From NCBI GenBank assembly GCA_038323715.1, contig JBBQHF010000002.1, positions 15,102 through 79,101 on the forward strand: 64,000 nt of DNA, written 5' to 3'. How positions within the stretch are numbered: position 1 is the first letter of the stretch; each line of letters begins with the position of its first letter. The stretch is from Patescibacteria group bacterium (GTDB taxonomy: Bacteria > Patescibacteriota > Patescibacteriia > Patescibacteriales > UBA12465). The notes beneath the pieces were generated by a model, which did not search any database, had not been told where the DNA came from, and worked only from the letters and a program-made list of their open reading frames with translations. Made by a program: the position numbers and the translations under genes. Of this stretch, positions 38,227-50,206 are shown piece after piece.

Positions 38227-40218
38227 ATGAAATCTGAAGTGATTAACCAAATACGCTCCAAAATAAGCCAAAATATTAGCATTCTATTAGCGCTTTTAAT
38301 AATTTTTAGCGCCATTGTTTATTATTTATATGCCCTAAATACTCAAGGCGTATTTTTATCAATTATTTTATCTATTATTAGCTTAATTATTATTAATAAA
38401 TTCGGGATTTTACCAAAAATTAATATAATTCAAAATAATAACCATCAAACGCCAGATTTCAACCCTCAAAAAATAAAACTTTTTATTATTTACGGGGCCT
38501 TTTTATTAGCCTCAGTCTTTGAACTCATCTCGGCGTCTAGTGGCCGATCGCTTATCTCTCCCTGGGAAGTAGTAAACAAAAGCTTTTTCTTATTTTATTT
38601 TTTTAGCGCTTTAATGCTCATTATTCTAGTTGTCCGCACAGACATCAAAAATAATTTGAAGCTATTTTTAATAGGCGCCCAATATTTTTTAAGCTTAGCA
38701 ATTGCCGCCATAGTTTATAAAGTAGGATACGGATTTGATCCTTTTATCCATAAAGCGGCCATGGAAATAATAGACCAGAACGGAATCATTTTGCCTAAGA
38801 CTCCATATTACATCGGGCAATATGGCTTAATCCTCGCCCTTCATAAAATATTTAACATTTCCATCTACCTACTAAATAAATTTCTAGTTCCAATCGCTGC
38901 CGCCTGTCTCTTGCCCTCAATAATTTATAATTTTTTTAAAACTTTAAAAATAAAAGATACGAGTTTTAGTTTTGCGCCGTTTATCGGAACAATATTTCTT
39001 TTAATTTTTACCTTTCCTTTATTTATCGTCAGCACTCCACAAAATTTTAGCTATCTATTTATCATAATTTCTATTGCGACCGGTCTAACCGATAAAAATC
39101 CTTGGCGAGCAACAATTTTTTCATTCGCAACCGCAGCTATCCACCCGATATCGGGCATCCCCGCCATTATTTGGAGCAGTTGGTTAGTATTTAAAAAATA
39201 CCAAACTAAATTAAGTATTAAAAATAGCAAGCTAATATCGGCCGGCATCCTCTCTGGTAGCGCGATTCTTCTTCCAGTTGCCCTGTTTATTACCAGCGGC
39301 GGGAAATTAAACAACCTTCATTTCAACATCAGCTCTTTTATAAGCCCCGCTTACGATGTCCTAAAATTTTTTAGTGCTGGCAGCGAAAATTGGCTTCTCA
39401 ATCTAACTTATTTTTTATTTTACAACTATAAATTAATAATTTTAATTTTAATAATAAGTGGCTTAATTTTATTTTATAAAAAATTAAACCAACATCCCGC
39501 CTTAGTTGAAAAATTAAGTACCTGGAGAGGACTACTTTCTATTGGAGCATCTCTTATTGTTGCCTTTTTCTTAAGTAGCCAGATAAACTTTAACCAATTA
39601 ATTGCCTACGAACAATCAGATTATAACAATCGAATTTTAACAATTATCACAATATTTTTTATTCCCTTTTTAGCAATCGCTGTAAATTGGCTCATTTATA
39701 AAATTATTTTTTTAAAAAATAACCTGATTACTGTAATTTGGATTACAATTGGGCTTATTTTTATGACGAGTTCTCTATACTTGGCCTACCCCCGTTTTGA
39801 TAAATATTTTAATTCACGAGGATATAGTACTAGCACGCTAGATTTGGAAGCGGTTACTAAAATAGACAAAGGCACAAACAATAACTATATTGTTTTAGCC
39901 AATCAACAAGTTTCTGCTGGCGCTTTAAGATTATTAGGCTTTAACCACTATTATCAAAGCGCCATTGGCGATATCTACTTCTACCCGATTCCAACGGGCG
40001 GCGCCCTATACCAATACTATCTTGATATGGTATACCAAAAACCCGACCGAGAAACAATGCTAACCGCAATGAACCTGGCCGGGGTAGATGAGTCTTATTT
40101 GGTAATTAATAAATACTGGTATGAAAGTGGCAAAATAATAAATGCCGCTAAATTAACCGCCGACAGCTGGGAGTTTATCGGAGAAAAAGAAATTTTTATT
40201 TTTAAATATAATAGATAA
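38227..40218 (+). CDS. Large polytopic membrane protein with a C-terminal soluble domain, family unknown
   Basis: More than 12 hydrophobic helices, then a ~140-aa C-terminal non-membrane region. The start is taken at ATG 38227 (MKSEVINQ) because the longer ORF overlaps the divergent gene. Confidence 0.45.
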   Translation: MKSEVINQIRSKISQNISILLALLIIFSAIVYYLYALNTQGVFLSIILSIISLIIINKFGILPKINIIQNNNHQTPDFNPQKIKLFIIYGAFLLASVFELISASSGRSLISPWEVVNKSFFLFYFFSALMLIILVVRTDIKNNLKLFLIGAQYFLSLAIAAIVYKVGYGFDPFIHKAAMEIIDQNGIILPKTPYYIGQYGLILALHKIFNISIYLLNKFLVPIAAACLLPSIIYNFFKTLKIKDTSFSFAPFIGTIFLLIFTFPLFIVSTPQNFSYLFIIISIATGLTDKNPWRATIFSFATAAIHPISGIPAIIWSSWLVFKKYQTKLSIKNSKLISAGILSGSAILLPVALFITSGGKLNNLHFNISSFISPAYDVLKFFSAGSENWLLNLTYFLFYNYKLIILILIISGLILFYKKLNQHPALVEKLSTWRGLLSIGASLIVAFFLSSQINFNQLIAYEQSDYNNRILTIITIFFIPFLAIAVNWLIYKIIFLKNNLITVIWITIGLIFMTSSLYLAYPRFDKYFNSRGYSTSTLDLEAVTKIDKGTNNNYIVLANQQVSAGALRLLGFNHYYQSAIGDIYFYPIPTGGALYQYYLDMVYQKPDRETMLTAMNLAGVDESYLVINKYWYESGKIINAAKLTADSWEFIGEKEIFIFKYNR

Positions 40219-42576
40219 CTATCTATATTCTTGATAGTCCCAGACTGGACCAACCGAAAGGACTTGATTACCTTCTAGTTCGTGGACTAGAATTTTTAAT
40301 TTTAAGCCATTCAAATTCTCTTTCAGAGTTGTATTATACTTTGAGGAAGGTAATGTTAGAACCTTATCTTTAGCGTCAGACTTTTCCATAGCAAACTTAC
40401 GGGCAAAATCGGTAATTGATTCCCTGTCCTTTTCATTTAAGGGATCCCCAGTTAATTCTTTAACGATTATATTTTTCAAAATATTAAGGTCGGAATCTAT
40501 AACCGAAACGCTTTGAGAAGCCAAATTAAGCTCCTCATTCAAGCGCAAAGCGGTAAACATTTGTGCCAACATGCTATTGGTGGATATCAGTTCATTAATA
40601 AGTGCGAGGTTCGGCTCAATATAAACATTTTCGCTATAACGAGAAAAATTACTTAAACTTTGACCTTTAAAGACTGGGGTTAGTGAAAACTGTTCTAGAG
40701 GTAATTGTAAATTAATCCAAGCGGAAACCGCTGTCCTTAAATTTTGTTGGCGCCATTCTTCTGAACTGGCAAAAATTGGCATCTCCTCTACTTTATAATC
40801 TAAAATAGAATTCATTAAACTAAAGGTAGACCAATAACTAGAGGTGTGCCAAGAGCCGTCTAGATTAATATTTTTCAGTAAAGTCTCGGACTCTTTTTTA
40901 TAATTAAGATACTTAGTATTTTTTTCAAAAATATCATTGCCGGCCATAGGATAAACTAAATTAGCAATATCAAGGGAAAAACCGTTACAACGAGAAATGA
41001 CCTTTTTCTGTATACAGGAAGTTATATCTCCCGACTCAGCAACCTTTTCCTGAAAATTACCTACTGCTGGAGAAACTAAACGACTAAAAATATAATCATT
41101 TGGCCAATAGGATTCAGTCAACATTTTAAACCCAATTAATTTTTTAGAAGCCGGGTCGGTCTTATCAATCGCCCCTCTAATAGAAGAGTATTCATAAGTT
41201 GATAATTTTGCTTTAAGTTTTTCCATATTCCCCCACGCATCCTTATTCTTATCATCAAATAATTCTTCAACATTATAGTTTTCACCAAATACGGAAACAA
41301 GGGAATCTCGGACATCAACATAATCTATTTCATCTCGTAACCCGTTGAAAAAAGCCATTAATTTATACACCCTAGCCCAACGATTCTTCAAATCTTGACG
41401 ACCAGAAAAATCAGTGGCAATTAAACCAGAAGCAATCATGCTAAGACGCCAATCCTCTTTATCGAGCAAACAATCCCGACAATCAGTGCTCTGATATTCT
41501 AAAGGAAAAGTAGAATTTAACCATTTAGCCGCTAAGTAAAAATTATTTAATTTAGCGTTATTTTTATATTCCTTAGGAACACTAAAACTAGAATAGTCTC
41601 TATTATATAGCATAATAGGAGATTTGATCTTCTCTTTAGCATCTCTAATTAATTTAGTTTCCTTCAAAACTTCATCTCTTAAATATGGAGGAACTGTTAG
41701 TTGAAATCTTTCTACATCACCTTCGCTAAATTTATTTTTATCATCAATTTTACCTTTCACAGATATTTGCTCAGGGATCGGTTTTAAGAGTTCTAAAGAA
41801 ACAGCAAAAAAAGCCATTTCTAAACGCTGCCCCTCTAAAACAGAATCATTAATATCGCCAATTGAGGCCAACCTGGTTTCATATCTATTTTTTGCTAAAT
41901 TGTATAATTCCTTATTTATAAACCAGAGATTATCATAGAAAATATTTTCCTCTATATCTTTAAAGACTTTTTTCATTGAATTTTGGTAGTAATAGGATAT
42001 AAAATCGGATGTTAAAAGAATTGGAATCTGTTTTTCCTCTAACCGCTCATAAATAGAGTAAAAATTATCAATTTCATTTTTCCAGGGGTTGTCTATAATG
42101 GCAAACCCTAATTTATTTATATTAGGGATAGAGGACTCAAAGCTAATTTTTCGAGATACATCGTTATAATTCATGCCATCCAATTTAATATTAATTGGCA
42201 ACTCGTAATCCTTAATATTATATTCCAAATCGTCATTGATTTTTTTATAAAAATCCGTGAATGATAAATATTCAATGGCCGCATTGGATAAAGTAGTAGT
42301 CGCTGGCTGAGTAATTACTTCTTCAGGGTTGGTTAGTGTGGGGAATTCAATATTTACAACTTCTCCAGCCTTGTTTCCTGAATTATCTGGCTTAAGCTGA
42401 TTCTTATCGGTGTATTTTTTTACTATGAGATAAATTGCTACAATAAAAACAACCACCGCCACGATTAGAGAGATAATTAAAATTATTTTTTTAATAGGCT
42501 TCTTCGGAGATGAACTATAATCATCATAAACCGGCTGCTGATCCGATGAAAGTACTATTGGCGGTTCTGCAAACAT
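40219..42576 (-). CDS. Membrane-anchored large extracytoplasmic protein (possibly DUF3160-like), function unknown
   Basis: Single N-terminal TM helix (IILIISLIVAVVVFIVAIYLIV) followed by ~720 aa. The family guess rests on size and architecture only. Confidence 0.4.
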   Translation of the reverse strand: MFAEPPIVLSSDQQPVYDDYSSSPKKPIKKIILIISLIVAVVVFIVAIYLIVKKYTDKNQLKPDNSGNKAGEVVNIEFPTLTNPEEVITQPATTTLSNAAIEYLSFTDFYKKINDDLEYNIKDYELPINIKLDGMNYNDVSRKISFESSIPNINKLGFAIIDNPWKNEIDNFYSIYERLEEKQIPILLTSDFISYYYQNSMKKVFKDIEENIFYDNLWFINKELYNLAKNRYETRLASIGDINDSVLEGQRLEMAFFAVSLELLKPIPEQISVKGKIDDKNKFSEGDVERFQLTVPPYLRDEVLKETKLIRDAKEKIKSPIMLYNRDYSSFSVPKEYKNNAKLNNFYLAAKWLNSTFPLEYQSTDCRDCLLDKEDWRLSMIASGLIATDFSGRQDLKNRWARVYKLMAFFNGLRDEIDYVDVRDSLVSVFGENYNVEELFDDKNKDAWGNMEKLKAKLSTYEYSSIRGAIDKTDPASKKLIGFKMLTESYWPNDYIFSRLVSPAVGNFQEKVAESGDITSCIQKKVISRCNGFSLDIANLVYPMAGNDIFEKNTKYLNYKKESETLLKNINLDGSWHTSSYWSTFSLMNSILDYKVEEMPIFASSEEWRQQNLRTAVSAWINLQLPLEQFSLTPVFKGQSLSNFSRYSENVYIEPNLALINELISTNSMLAQMFTALRLNEELNLASQSVSVIDSDLNILKNIIVKELTGDPLNEKDRESITDFARKFAMEKSDAKDKVLTLPSSKYNTTLKENLNGLKLKILVHELEGNQVLSVGPVWDYQEYR

Positions 42577-42580
42577 AAGC

Positions 42581-43513
42581 TTATTTCAAATATTTATATT
42601 TGTTATTTAAATGCTCCTGATAGGTTACGGCATAATAAATATTGTTGCCGTCTAAGCTCGTTAAAAAATAATTATAATTAGTTTTAATAGGATAAATTGC
42701 GGCCTCAATCGCTTTTAAGCCAGGGTTACAAATAGGTGTCGGAGGTAAACCGCGATATTTATAGCTATTATAGGGAGATTCTATTTCCAAGTCTTTCCCG
42801 GAATGAGCGGGATTATTATCGTTTAAAATATACGACAAGGTTGCATCTGATTGCAAGGCCTGATTGGAACTTAATCTTCCCCAAAAAATATCTGAAACGA
42901 TTCTCGCATCTGTATTTTCTTTATCTTGATAATTAATTGGAGCCTCTTTCTCAATCAAGGAGGCCATAATCATAACCTCATAAACTGTTTTTCCTTGATT
43001 TTTTATATCCTCACGCATTTTAACGGTCAATTTTTTATCAAAATTTTCTAACATTTTAATAATCACATCATCCAAACTCGCATCGGAATAAATTCTATAA
43101 GTATCCGGGAATAAAAAGCCTTCCAGATTAGCATCTTCGGGTTTATCATTTAAAAAACTAAAACGTTTTTTTAAATTCAGCAAAGAGCTAGAAGTTGCTT
43201 GATTATTGTCAGAGAATTGTACTAATGTTTTTTCTAAATCAGACTTGCTCCATTTGCCCAACGATTCAAAGTAAGCGACAATATCACTTTCAGTCCAGCC
43301 TTCTAATATTTTTATTGTTTCTTCTGGTTTATACACGACAACGTCTGGTTTTTTATTATTTGTTTCATAATTATTTATCCAGTTTTCAATAAAAGTGGGA
43401 AAGTGGTCTCGGTTCGCCTTAATAACATTACGGTAAAACACCTTACCATAAAGAGTAAGAATAATTAAAATAGCCAACAAAGATACGGACCATATTTTAA
43501 AATTTTTTGGCAT
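42581..43513 (-). CDS. mltG: Endolytic murein transglycosylase MltG (YceG-like)
   Basis: N-terminal TM anchor, IMASLIEKEA, and SPYNSYKYRGLPPTPICNPGLKAIEAAIYP. Confidence 0.88.
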   Translation of the reverse strand: MPKNFKIWSVSLLAILIILTLYGKVFYRNVIKANRDHFPTFIENWINNYETNNKKPDVVVYKPEETIKILEGWTESDIVAYFESLGKWSKSDLEKTLVQFSDNNQATSSSLLNLKKRFSFLNDKPEDANLEGFLFPDTYRIYSDASLDDVIIKMLENFDKKLTVKMREDIKNQGKTVYEVMIMASLIEKEAPINYQDKENTDARIVSDIFWGRLSSNQALQSDATLSYILNDNNPAHSGKDLEIESPYNSYKYRGLPPTPICNPGLKAIEAAIYPIKTNYNYFLTSLDGNNIYYAVTYQEHLNNKYKYLK

Positions 43514-43516
43514 AAC

Positions 43517-43987
43517 TTATTTCTTTTTTTTCGCGTTAAGCTTAGCCGCGCGAGCGATTAACTTCGAACTAGCTCTTATTTTTCTCCCCAAACCATCAAC
43601 CATATTAATCCCCAGTTTTTTACAAATAGGATATTCCGGAACATCTCCAATGTTATGGCGGTCACCGCCGTTAGCAAAAATATTCGGCTTAATCTTAGAT
43701 AAAGAGCGGCACACAGTCTTATCCTTATCAATTGACAAAAAAACTTCATCAACATCACGCAAAGCTTTTATTACTCTCAGTCTATCTTTTTCCGACATAA
43801 AAGGAACACTTCCTTTTAGCCCCACCTGCACATCATTATTAATAATGGCTATCAATTTATCGCCAAGTTTTTTAGCTTTTTCTATCATATCAAGATGACC
43901 AACATGAAGCGGGTTAAAATAACCAGAAACAGCAACGATAACTGGCTTTTTTTTATTTATATTCAATTCCTGAGTGGTCTTTAACAT
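43517..43987 (-). CDS. HxGH-superfamily nucleotidyltransferase (cytidylyl/adenylyl-transferase-like)
   Basis: VAVSGYFNPLHVGHLDMIEKAK (HxGH motif) and FANGGDR. The substrate cannot be assigned from sequence. Confidence 0.65.
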   Translation of the reverse strand: MLKTTQELNINKKKPVIVAVSGYFNPLHVGHLDMIEKAKKLGDKLIAIINNDVQVGLKGSVPFMSEKDRLRVIKALRDVDEVFLSIDKDKTVCRSLSKIKPNIFANGGDRHNIGDVPEYPICKKLGINMVDGLGRKIRASSKLIARAAKLNAKKKK

Positions 43988-44154
43988 AAAAAACGGAGTT
44001 AATACTCATTAAAATAAGATAACTTATAGATTTATATATTATAGCAAATTAAAAATGAAAATAGAAATTAAAGGAACGATTAAATAGCCTACTTGTGTCA
44101 ATATATCGCTCCTGTATTTTTTATAGTAGAATAAGGATATAAATATAAAAATAT

Positions 44155-44952
44155 ATGACAATTATTCACTCCATTATTCTTGGTCTTATAGAAGGAATAA
44201 CTGAATTTTTACCAATCTCATCGACCGCTCATTTGATCATCGCGGCGAAGTGGCTTAAAATTCCAGATTCTTCTTTTTTGACTAGCTTCTTAATTTCCAT
44301 TCAACTGGGAGCGATTCTTTCGGTTGCTGTTTTATATGCTAAAACAATCATTAAAAACCCTAGATTAATCTTAAAAATCGCAGCCGCTTTTATCCCGACC
44401 GCCATTATTGGGCTGGCTGTTTATAAACTTGTAAAAAATTATCTCATGGAAAGTTTGCCTTTAATTGCCGGGGCTTTAATTTTGGGCGGAATAATTTTAA
44501 TTATCTTAGAAAAATATTTTTTCAAAAAATCAAACTCCGGAAATATCATTCAACAACCGAATTACTTAGAGATTGATGCGATTTCTTACCGTCAGGCAAC
44601 TTTAATCGGAGTGTTTCAAGCCCTGGCTGTTGTCCCCGGGGTATCGCGCTCAGCCGCGACTATCATGGGCGGACTTTCACTGGGAGTTTCTAGAAAAAAC
44701 ATCGTTGAATTTTCATTCCTATTAGCGATGCCCACGATGCTAGCGGCCACTGCTTTAGATTTATATAAAACACCACCGATTTTAAACGGGCAAGAAATAA
44801 TAGTTTGGACTATAGGCCTAGCTGTTTCTTTCATAACCGCTATTATTGGTATTAAATTTTTTATCAAATTTATCCAAAAAAATAATTTTGTTTCTTTCGG
44901 CTGGTATAGAATTATTATTGGTTTTATTGTCCTTGCCTGGTTGTATATATAA
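44155..44952 (+). CDS. uppP: Undecaprenyl-diphosphate phosphatase
   Basis: GLIEGITEFLPISSTAHL and PGVSRSAATI motifs, 8-TM topology. Confidence 0.9.
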   Translation: MTIIHSIILGLIEGITEFLPISSTAHLIIAAKWLKIPDSSFLTSFLISIQLGAILSVAVLYAKTIIKNPRLILKIAAAFIPTAIIGLAVYKLVKNYLMESLPLIAGALILGGIILIILEKYFFKKSNSGNIIQQPNYLEIDAISYRQATLIGVFQALAVVPGVSRSAATIMGGLSLGVSRKNIVEFSFLLAMPTMLAATALDLYKTPPILNGQEIIVWTIGLAVSFITAIIGIKFFIKFIQKNNFVSFGWYRIIIGFIVLAWLYI

Positions 44953-44972
44953 ATAACTAAAGAATTAGACGC

Positions 44973-45001
44973 AAAAAAACCGCTTTTAGGGGCGGTTTTT
45001 A
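44973..45001. terminator. Bidirectional intrinsic terminator (uppP / end of atp operon)
   Basis: AAAAAAACCGC-TTTTAGGG-GCGGTTTTT hairpin between convergent genes. Confidence 0.65.
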
Positions 45002-45021
45002 AATCCAGTAAACTTTACAAA

Positions 45022-45849
45022 TTAAATTGTCTGTTTTACTTCTTCGGGAGCAATAAATCCGCTTACTTTAACACGGCCAGCAAATTCAGCGGCCACTTCC
45101 TCAGCCAAAGCGGTAACATTCTTAAGTTGTTCTTCGTCACGAGCAGAAACGATAAGATAAAAAGGATTTTCCTTATCAAATCTTTCTCCGAATGAGTGAC
45201 TTCCCAAAGCAATGTTAATTAATGCTTTAGCTTCTACTTTTTGGTATTCAGTACTTAACCCAAAATAAGAAGCAGAGCTAATAAATTGACCAGGAAATCC
45301 TTCAAGATTAGCAACATCAAAACGTCCAGTTCCTTCCAACACTAAAGCGCGTTCATTATGAACGGCACAAGTAAATTCATCGTGATGAACTTCTCGGTAA
45401 ATACTGCCAGTTTTAGAAGCTAATTCTTTAGCTTTCTCATAACCGTAGTCATCGCTCCCTGCGCCTGGACGAGCAATACCAGCGGCACCGCAATTTTCAT
45501 GTCCAGTTACAGTCAAACCTTGATCCTTAATCGCCTTTTCCAAAATAGCGGAGTCCTCCGGTCCTAACAATAGCCCTTCTCCGGCTAAAGCAATTTTTGG
45601 TCCAGAACACACTCTGCCGTCAGAACACTCTAAGCAGGTGAGCTTATGGTCAAATGCTTGTTTAAAATTAGGAAGCGCAAAAAGCTTTTCTTCCATTTTT
45701 TCCCCAGCATTAAGGGCTTTGATAATTTCATTTTCTTGACCCTTTTGCCACTCTTGTTCAAATAACTCGTCATGATTTTCATGACTTTCATGGTTTGTAT
45801 TCATTTCTTCGATTTTTTTGTGATTAAACATATTTTGTTCTCCAAACAT
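45022..45849 (-). CDS. Hypothetical protein with beta-carbonic-anhydrase-like CxDxR / HxxC motifs, last gene of the atp transcription unit
   Basis: LECSDGRV (aa 73-80) and TGHENCGAAG (aa 115-124). The start is 4 nt downstream of the atpC stop, on the same strand, and a terminator follows. Confidence 0.4.
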   Translation of the reverse strand: MFGEQNMFNHKKIEEMNTNHESHENHDELFEQEWQKGQENEIIKALNAGEKMEEKLFALPNFKQAFDHKLTCLECSDGRVCSGPKIALAGEGLLLGPEDSAILEKAIKDQGLTVTGHENCGAAGIARPGAGSDDYGYEKAKELASKTGSIYREVHHDEFTCAVHNERALVLEGTGRFDVANLEGFPGQFISSASYFGLSTEYQKVEAKALINIALGSHSFGERFDKENPFYLIVSARDEEQLKNVTALAEEVAAEFAGRVKVSGFIAPEEVKQTI

Positions 45850-45853
45850 ATTT

Positions 45854-46300
45854 TTATTTACCTGGATTTATATTATTAAGACGACGCCATTTATTAACCG
45901 CTCGTTCTCTAGCAAATTCCTTTTCAAGTTTAGCAGCAATAGCTGTAAATTGAACATCATCAATATTTTTCGCCTCTTCCTTGAGTTTTTCAGCCTTCTC
46001 GCGCGCGGCTTTAATTCTAGCCTCATCAAGCTCTTCAGCCCTCTCAGCCGTATCAGCCAAAATAACAACCTTATCTTTCATAACTTCCAAAAAACCTCCA
46101 GACACCGCCATAATTTCCAACACATTATCTGCCCTTTTAATCTCAATAACACCTGATTTCAAAACTGAAACCAAGGGAATATGATCTGGAAGCACAGTTA
46201 TTTCGCCACTAGTAGTTGGGACAGTAATTTGTAAAATTTCCTGTTTTAAAACTACTTTCTCCGGCGTTACAATTTCAAATTTTATTGTCTTGTTGGACAT
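45854..46300 (-). CDS. atpC: F1 ATP synthase epsilon subunit
   Basis: Size and position after atpD. N-terminal beta-sandwich pattern (FEIVTPEKVV...PGHIPL-like PDHIPLVS) and a C-terminal helical hairpin. Confidence 0.85.
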   Translation of the reverse strand: MSNKTIKFEIVTPEKVVLKQEILQITVPTTSGEITVLPDHIPLVSVLKSGVIEIKRADNVLEIMAVSGGFLEVMKDKVVILADTAERAEELDEARIKAAREKAEKLKEEAKNIDDVQFTAIAAKLEKEFARERAVNKWRRLNNINPGK

Positions 46301-46309
46301 AGCTAAAAA

Positions 46310-47707
<1,398 letters not shown>

Positions 47708-48658
47708 TTATTCTGCTAAGGCATTAGCGCCCGCTGAAATTTCTGCAATTTCCGCAGTAATGCCCGCTTGACGAACTTTATTATAAAATAAGGTTAATTC
47801 ACTAACCATATCGCTAGCTGCTTCAGTGGCTTGGTGCATAGCGCTCATACTAGCACTATGCTCAGAAGCATTAGCTTCCAAAAATGCTTGAAATAACTGA
47901 ATTTCTAATAAGCGTGGAATCATCTTATCTAAAACTTCACTGGCAGATGGCTCAAAAGTATATTCATAGCTATATTCTCCAGAACTTAAATGTTTTTCCT
48001 GCTTAGCGGCAATAAATTCAGGAGTTGAACCAACCTTAGATTCCTCACTAATTACTCCTAAATATTCATCAACTTTTTCAACCTCGACTGGTAATAATTG
48101 CTTGACACGTGGAACCTGCCTAGCAGCACTAACAAAATCGGTATAAGCAACCAAAATCTTATCATACTTACCAGACTGATAATCATCCAACACCATTTTT
48201 ACTATCGGGTGGATATCACGAGCATCAGTTAAGATATCACTTTTTTCAAATTCAGCTACAACCTCATAACTTTGGTTTCTAATGATAGTGCCCTTTTTAC
48301 CGGACAAAATAAAATCTGTTGGGACTGAATGTTTAGAAATAGATTCTTTAGCCTTAGTAATGATAGCTGAATTATAGCCGCCACACATCCCTCGATTAGA
48401 AGTTATTAAAATAATAGCAACTCGAGAAATTTTTTCACGCGGAGAGAGTAAAGGATGTAAATTTTCATTCTTACTTTTAGAAATTTCAGACAATCTTAAA
48501 ACCGTCTCCCAACTTAAATTAGCATAAGTGCGAGTTTTTAGAACAGCTTCAATCGCTCTCCTCATTTTAGACGCCGCTACCATCTCCATCGCCTTAGTAA
48601 TTTTTTTGGTACTAGAGACGGATTTGATGCGCCGAGATATTTCTTTAGTCTTGGCCAT
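47708..48658 (-). CDS. atpG: F1 ATP synthase gamma subunit
   Basis: N-terminus RRIKSVSSTKKITKAMEMVAASKMRRA and C-terminus NKVRQAGITAEIAEI. Confidence 0.92.
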   Translation of the reverse strand: MAKTKEISRRIKSVSSTKKITKAMEMVAASKMRRAIEAVLKTRTYANLSWETVLRLSEISKSKNENLHPLLSPREKISRVAIILITSNRGMCGGYNSAIITKAKESISKHSVPTDFILSGKKGTIIRNQSYEVVAEFEKSDILTDARDIHPIVKMVLDDYQSGKYDKILVAYTDFVSAARQVPRVKQLLPVEVEKVDEYLGVISEESKVGSTPEFIAAKQEKHLSSGEYSYEYTFEPSASEVLDKMIPRLLEIQLFQAFLEANASEHSASMSAMHQATEAASDMVSELTLFYNKVRQAGITAEIAEISAGANALAE

Positions 48659-48662
48659 TGTC

Positions 48663-50186
48663 TTACTTAATTAAATAATCAACTGTTACCTTATATTCAG
48701 TGATTAATTTCTTTAACTCGGTTTCTACTTCTTCATCAATTTCTTTTTTAACATCAATTAACTTCAAAACAGCGTCATTTAAATCAGCATACTTATACAA
48801 ACCGGCTTCAAACTCTCTCACTTTTTCAACTGGAACATCATCCATCAAGCCATTAATTAAAGCATAATAAGAGACCACCTGTTTAGCAACCGATAAAGGT
48901 TGATACTGGTCCTGTTTAAAGATTTCGTATAATCTTTGTCCTCTTTCTAATTTTTTCTTAGTCTCCGAATCTAAATCAGAACCAAATTGAGCGAAGGAAG
49001 CAAGTTCGCGATATTGAGCAGCTTCTAAACGCATCTTACCAGCCACTTTTTTCATCGCCTTAATTTGAGCACTAGAACCGACACGAGATACTGACAAACC
49101 AGCATTAACCGCTGGACGATTACCTTTATAAAATAAGTCTGGCTCCAAGAAAATCTGACCATCAGTAATAGAAATAACGTTAGTTGGAATATAAGCAGAT
49201 AAATCTCCAGCCTGAGTTTCAATAATTGGTAAAGCGGTAATAGAGCCGCCGCCATATTCTTTATTTAATTTACAAGCACGTTCTAACAAACGAGAGTGAA
49301 GATAAAAAACATCACCAGGATAAGCTTCACGTCCCGGTGGACGACGAAGTAATAAAGAAATTTCTCTATAAGAAACCGCATGCTTGGACAAATCATCATA
49401 AATAATCAAAACATCTTCACCTTTATCTAAAAAGTATTCCGCCATCGCGCATCCAGCATAAGGAGCAATATACAACAAAGAAGCAGGATTAGAAGCACCA
49501 GCTAAAACGATGATTGTATAATCCATCGCTCCGGCCTCAGTTAGTTTAGTAACGATGTTAGCCACCTTGGATTCTTTTTGGCCAATAGCTACGTAAACAC
49601 ATTTCATGTTCTGCCCTTTTTGATTGATAATAGTATCAACGGCAATCGCAGTTTTTCCTAATTGACGATCACCAATAATCAGCTCTCTTTGGCCACGGCC
49701 AATTGGAATCATCGCGTCAATCGCTTTAATACCAGTTTGGACCGGCTCTTTAACAGAGGCACGAGTAATAACACCAGGAGCAATTTTTTCCACTGGATAA
49801 AATTTAGTAGTTTCAATTTTTCCTTTGCCATCCATCGGTTCTCCTAAAGGATTAACAACCCGGCCAATCAGATTTTCACCCACCGGGACTTCCAAAATTC
49901 TTTTAGTCGCAACCACTTCATCCCCCTCTTTAATGGCAGTATAGTCTCCTAAAATAATAACTCCGACTTGGCTCTCTTCTAAATTTAGAGCTACCCCGGT
50001 TATTTCACCTTTTTCGGTTTTAAAAATTAAAATTTCGCTCATCATCGCTTCTGCTAAACCAGAAACTAAAGCGATACCATCAGAAACACGCAAAACTTTC
50101 CCAACTGATTTTTCGCTCACCTCAGACTTAAAGCCCGATATTTCTTCTTTTAGCTGTTCAACAATGAAATCCTTTGTAGTTGCCAT
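48663..50186 (-). CDS. atpA: F1 ATP synthase alpha subunit
   Basis: GDRQLGKTA Walker [42 protein letters not shown]. Confidence 0.95.
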   Translation of the reverse strand: MATTKDFIVEQLKEEISGFKSEVSEKSVGKVLRVSDGIALVSGLAEAMMSEILIFKTEKGEITGVALNLEESQVGVIILGDYTAIKEGDEVVATKRILEVPVGENLIGRVVNPLGEPMDGKGKIETTKFYPVEKIAPGVITRASVKEPVQTGIKAIDAMIPIGRGQRELIIGDRQLGKTAIAVDTIINQKGQNMKCVYVAIGQKESKVANIVTKLTEAGAMDYTIIVLAGASNPASLLYIAPYAGCAMAEYFLDKGEDVLIIYDDLSKHAVSYREISLLLRRPPGREAYPGDVFYLHSRLLERACKLNKEYGGGSITALPIIETQAGDLSAYIPTNVISITDGQIFLEPDLFYKGNRPAVNAGLSVSRVGSSAQIKAMKKVAGKMRLEAAQYRELASFAQFGSDLDSETKKKLERGQRLYEIFKQDQYQPLSVAKQVVSYYALINGLMDDVPVEKVREFEAGLYKYADLNDAVLKLIDVKKEIDEEVETELKKLITEYKVTVDYLIK

Positions 50187-50206
50187 ACGTTTATGCTAAA
50201 TTTATT

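Noticed and set aside
40205-40232. Palindrome AGATAACTATCT at the abutting stop codons of the two convergent genes (40218/40219)
   Set aside because: It is a very short stem formed by the two stop codons themselves (TAA/CTA). That is not enough for a terminator or a binding-site claim.
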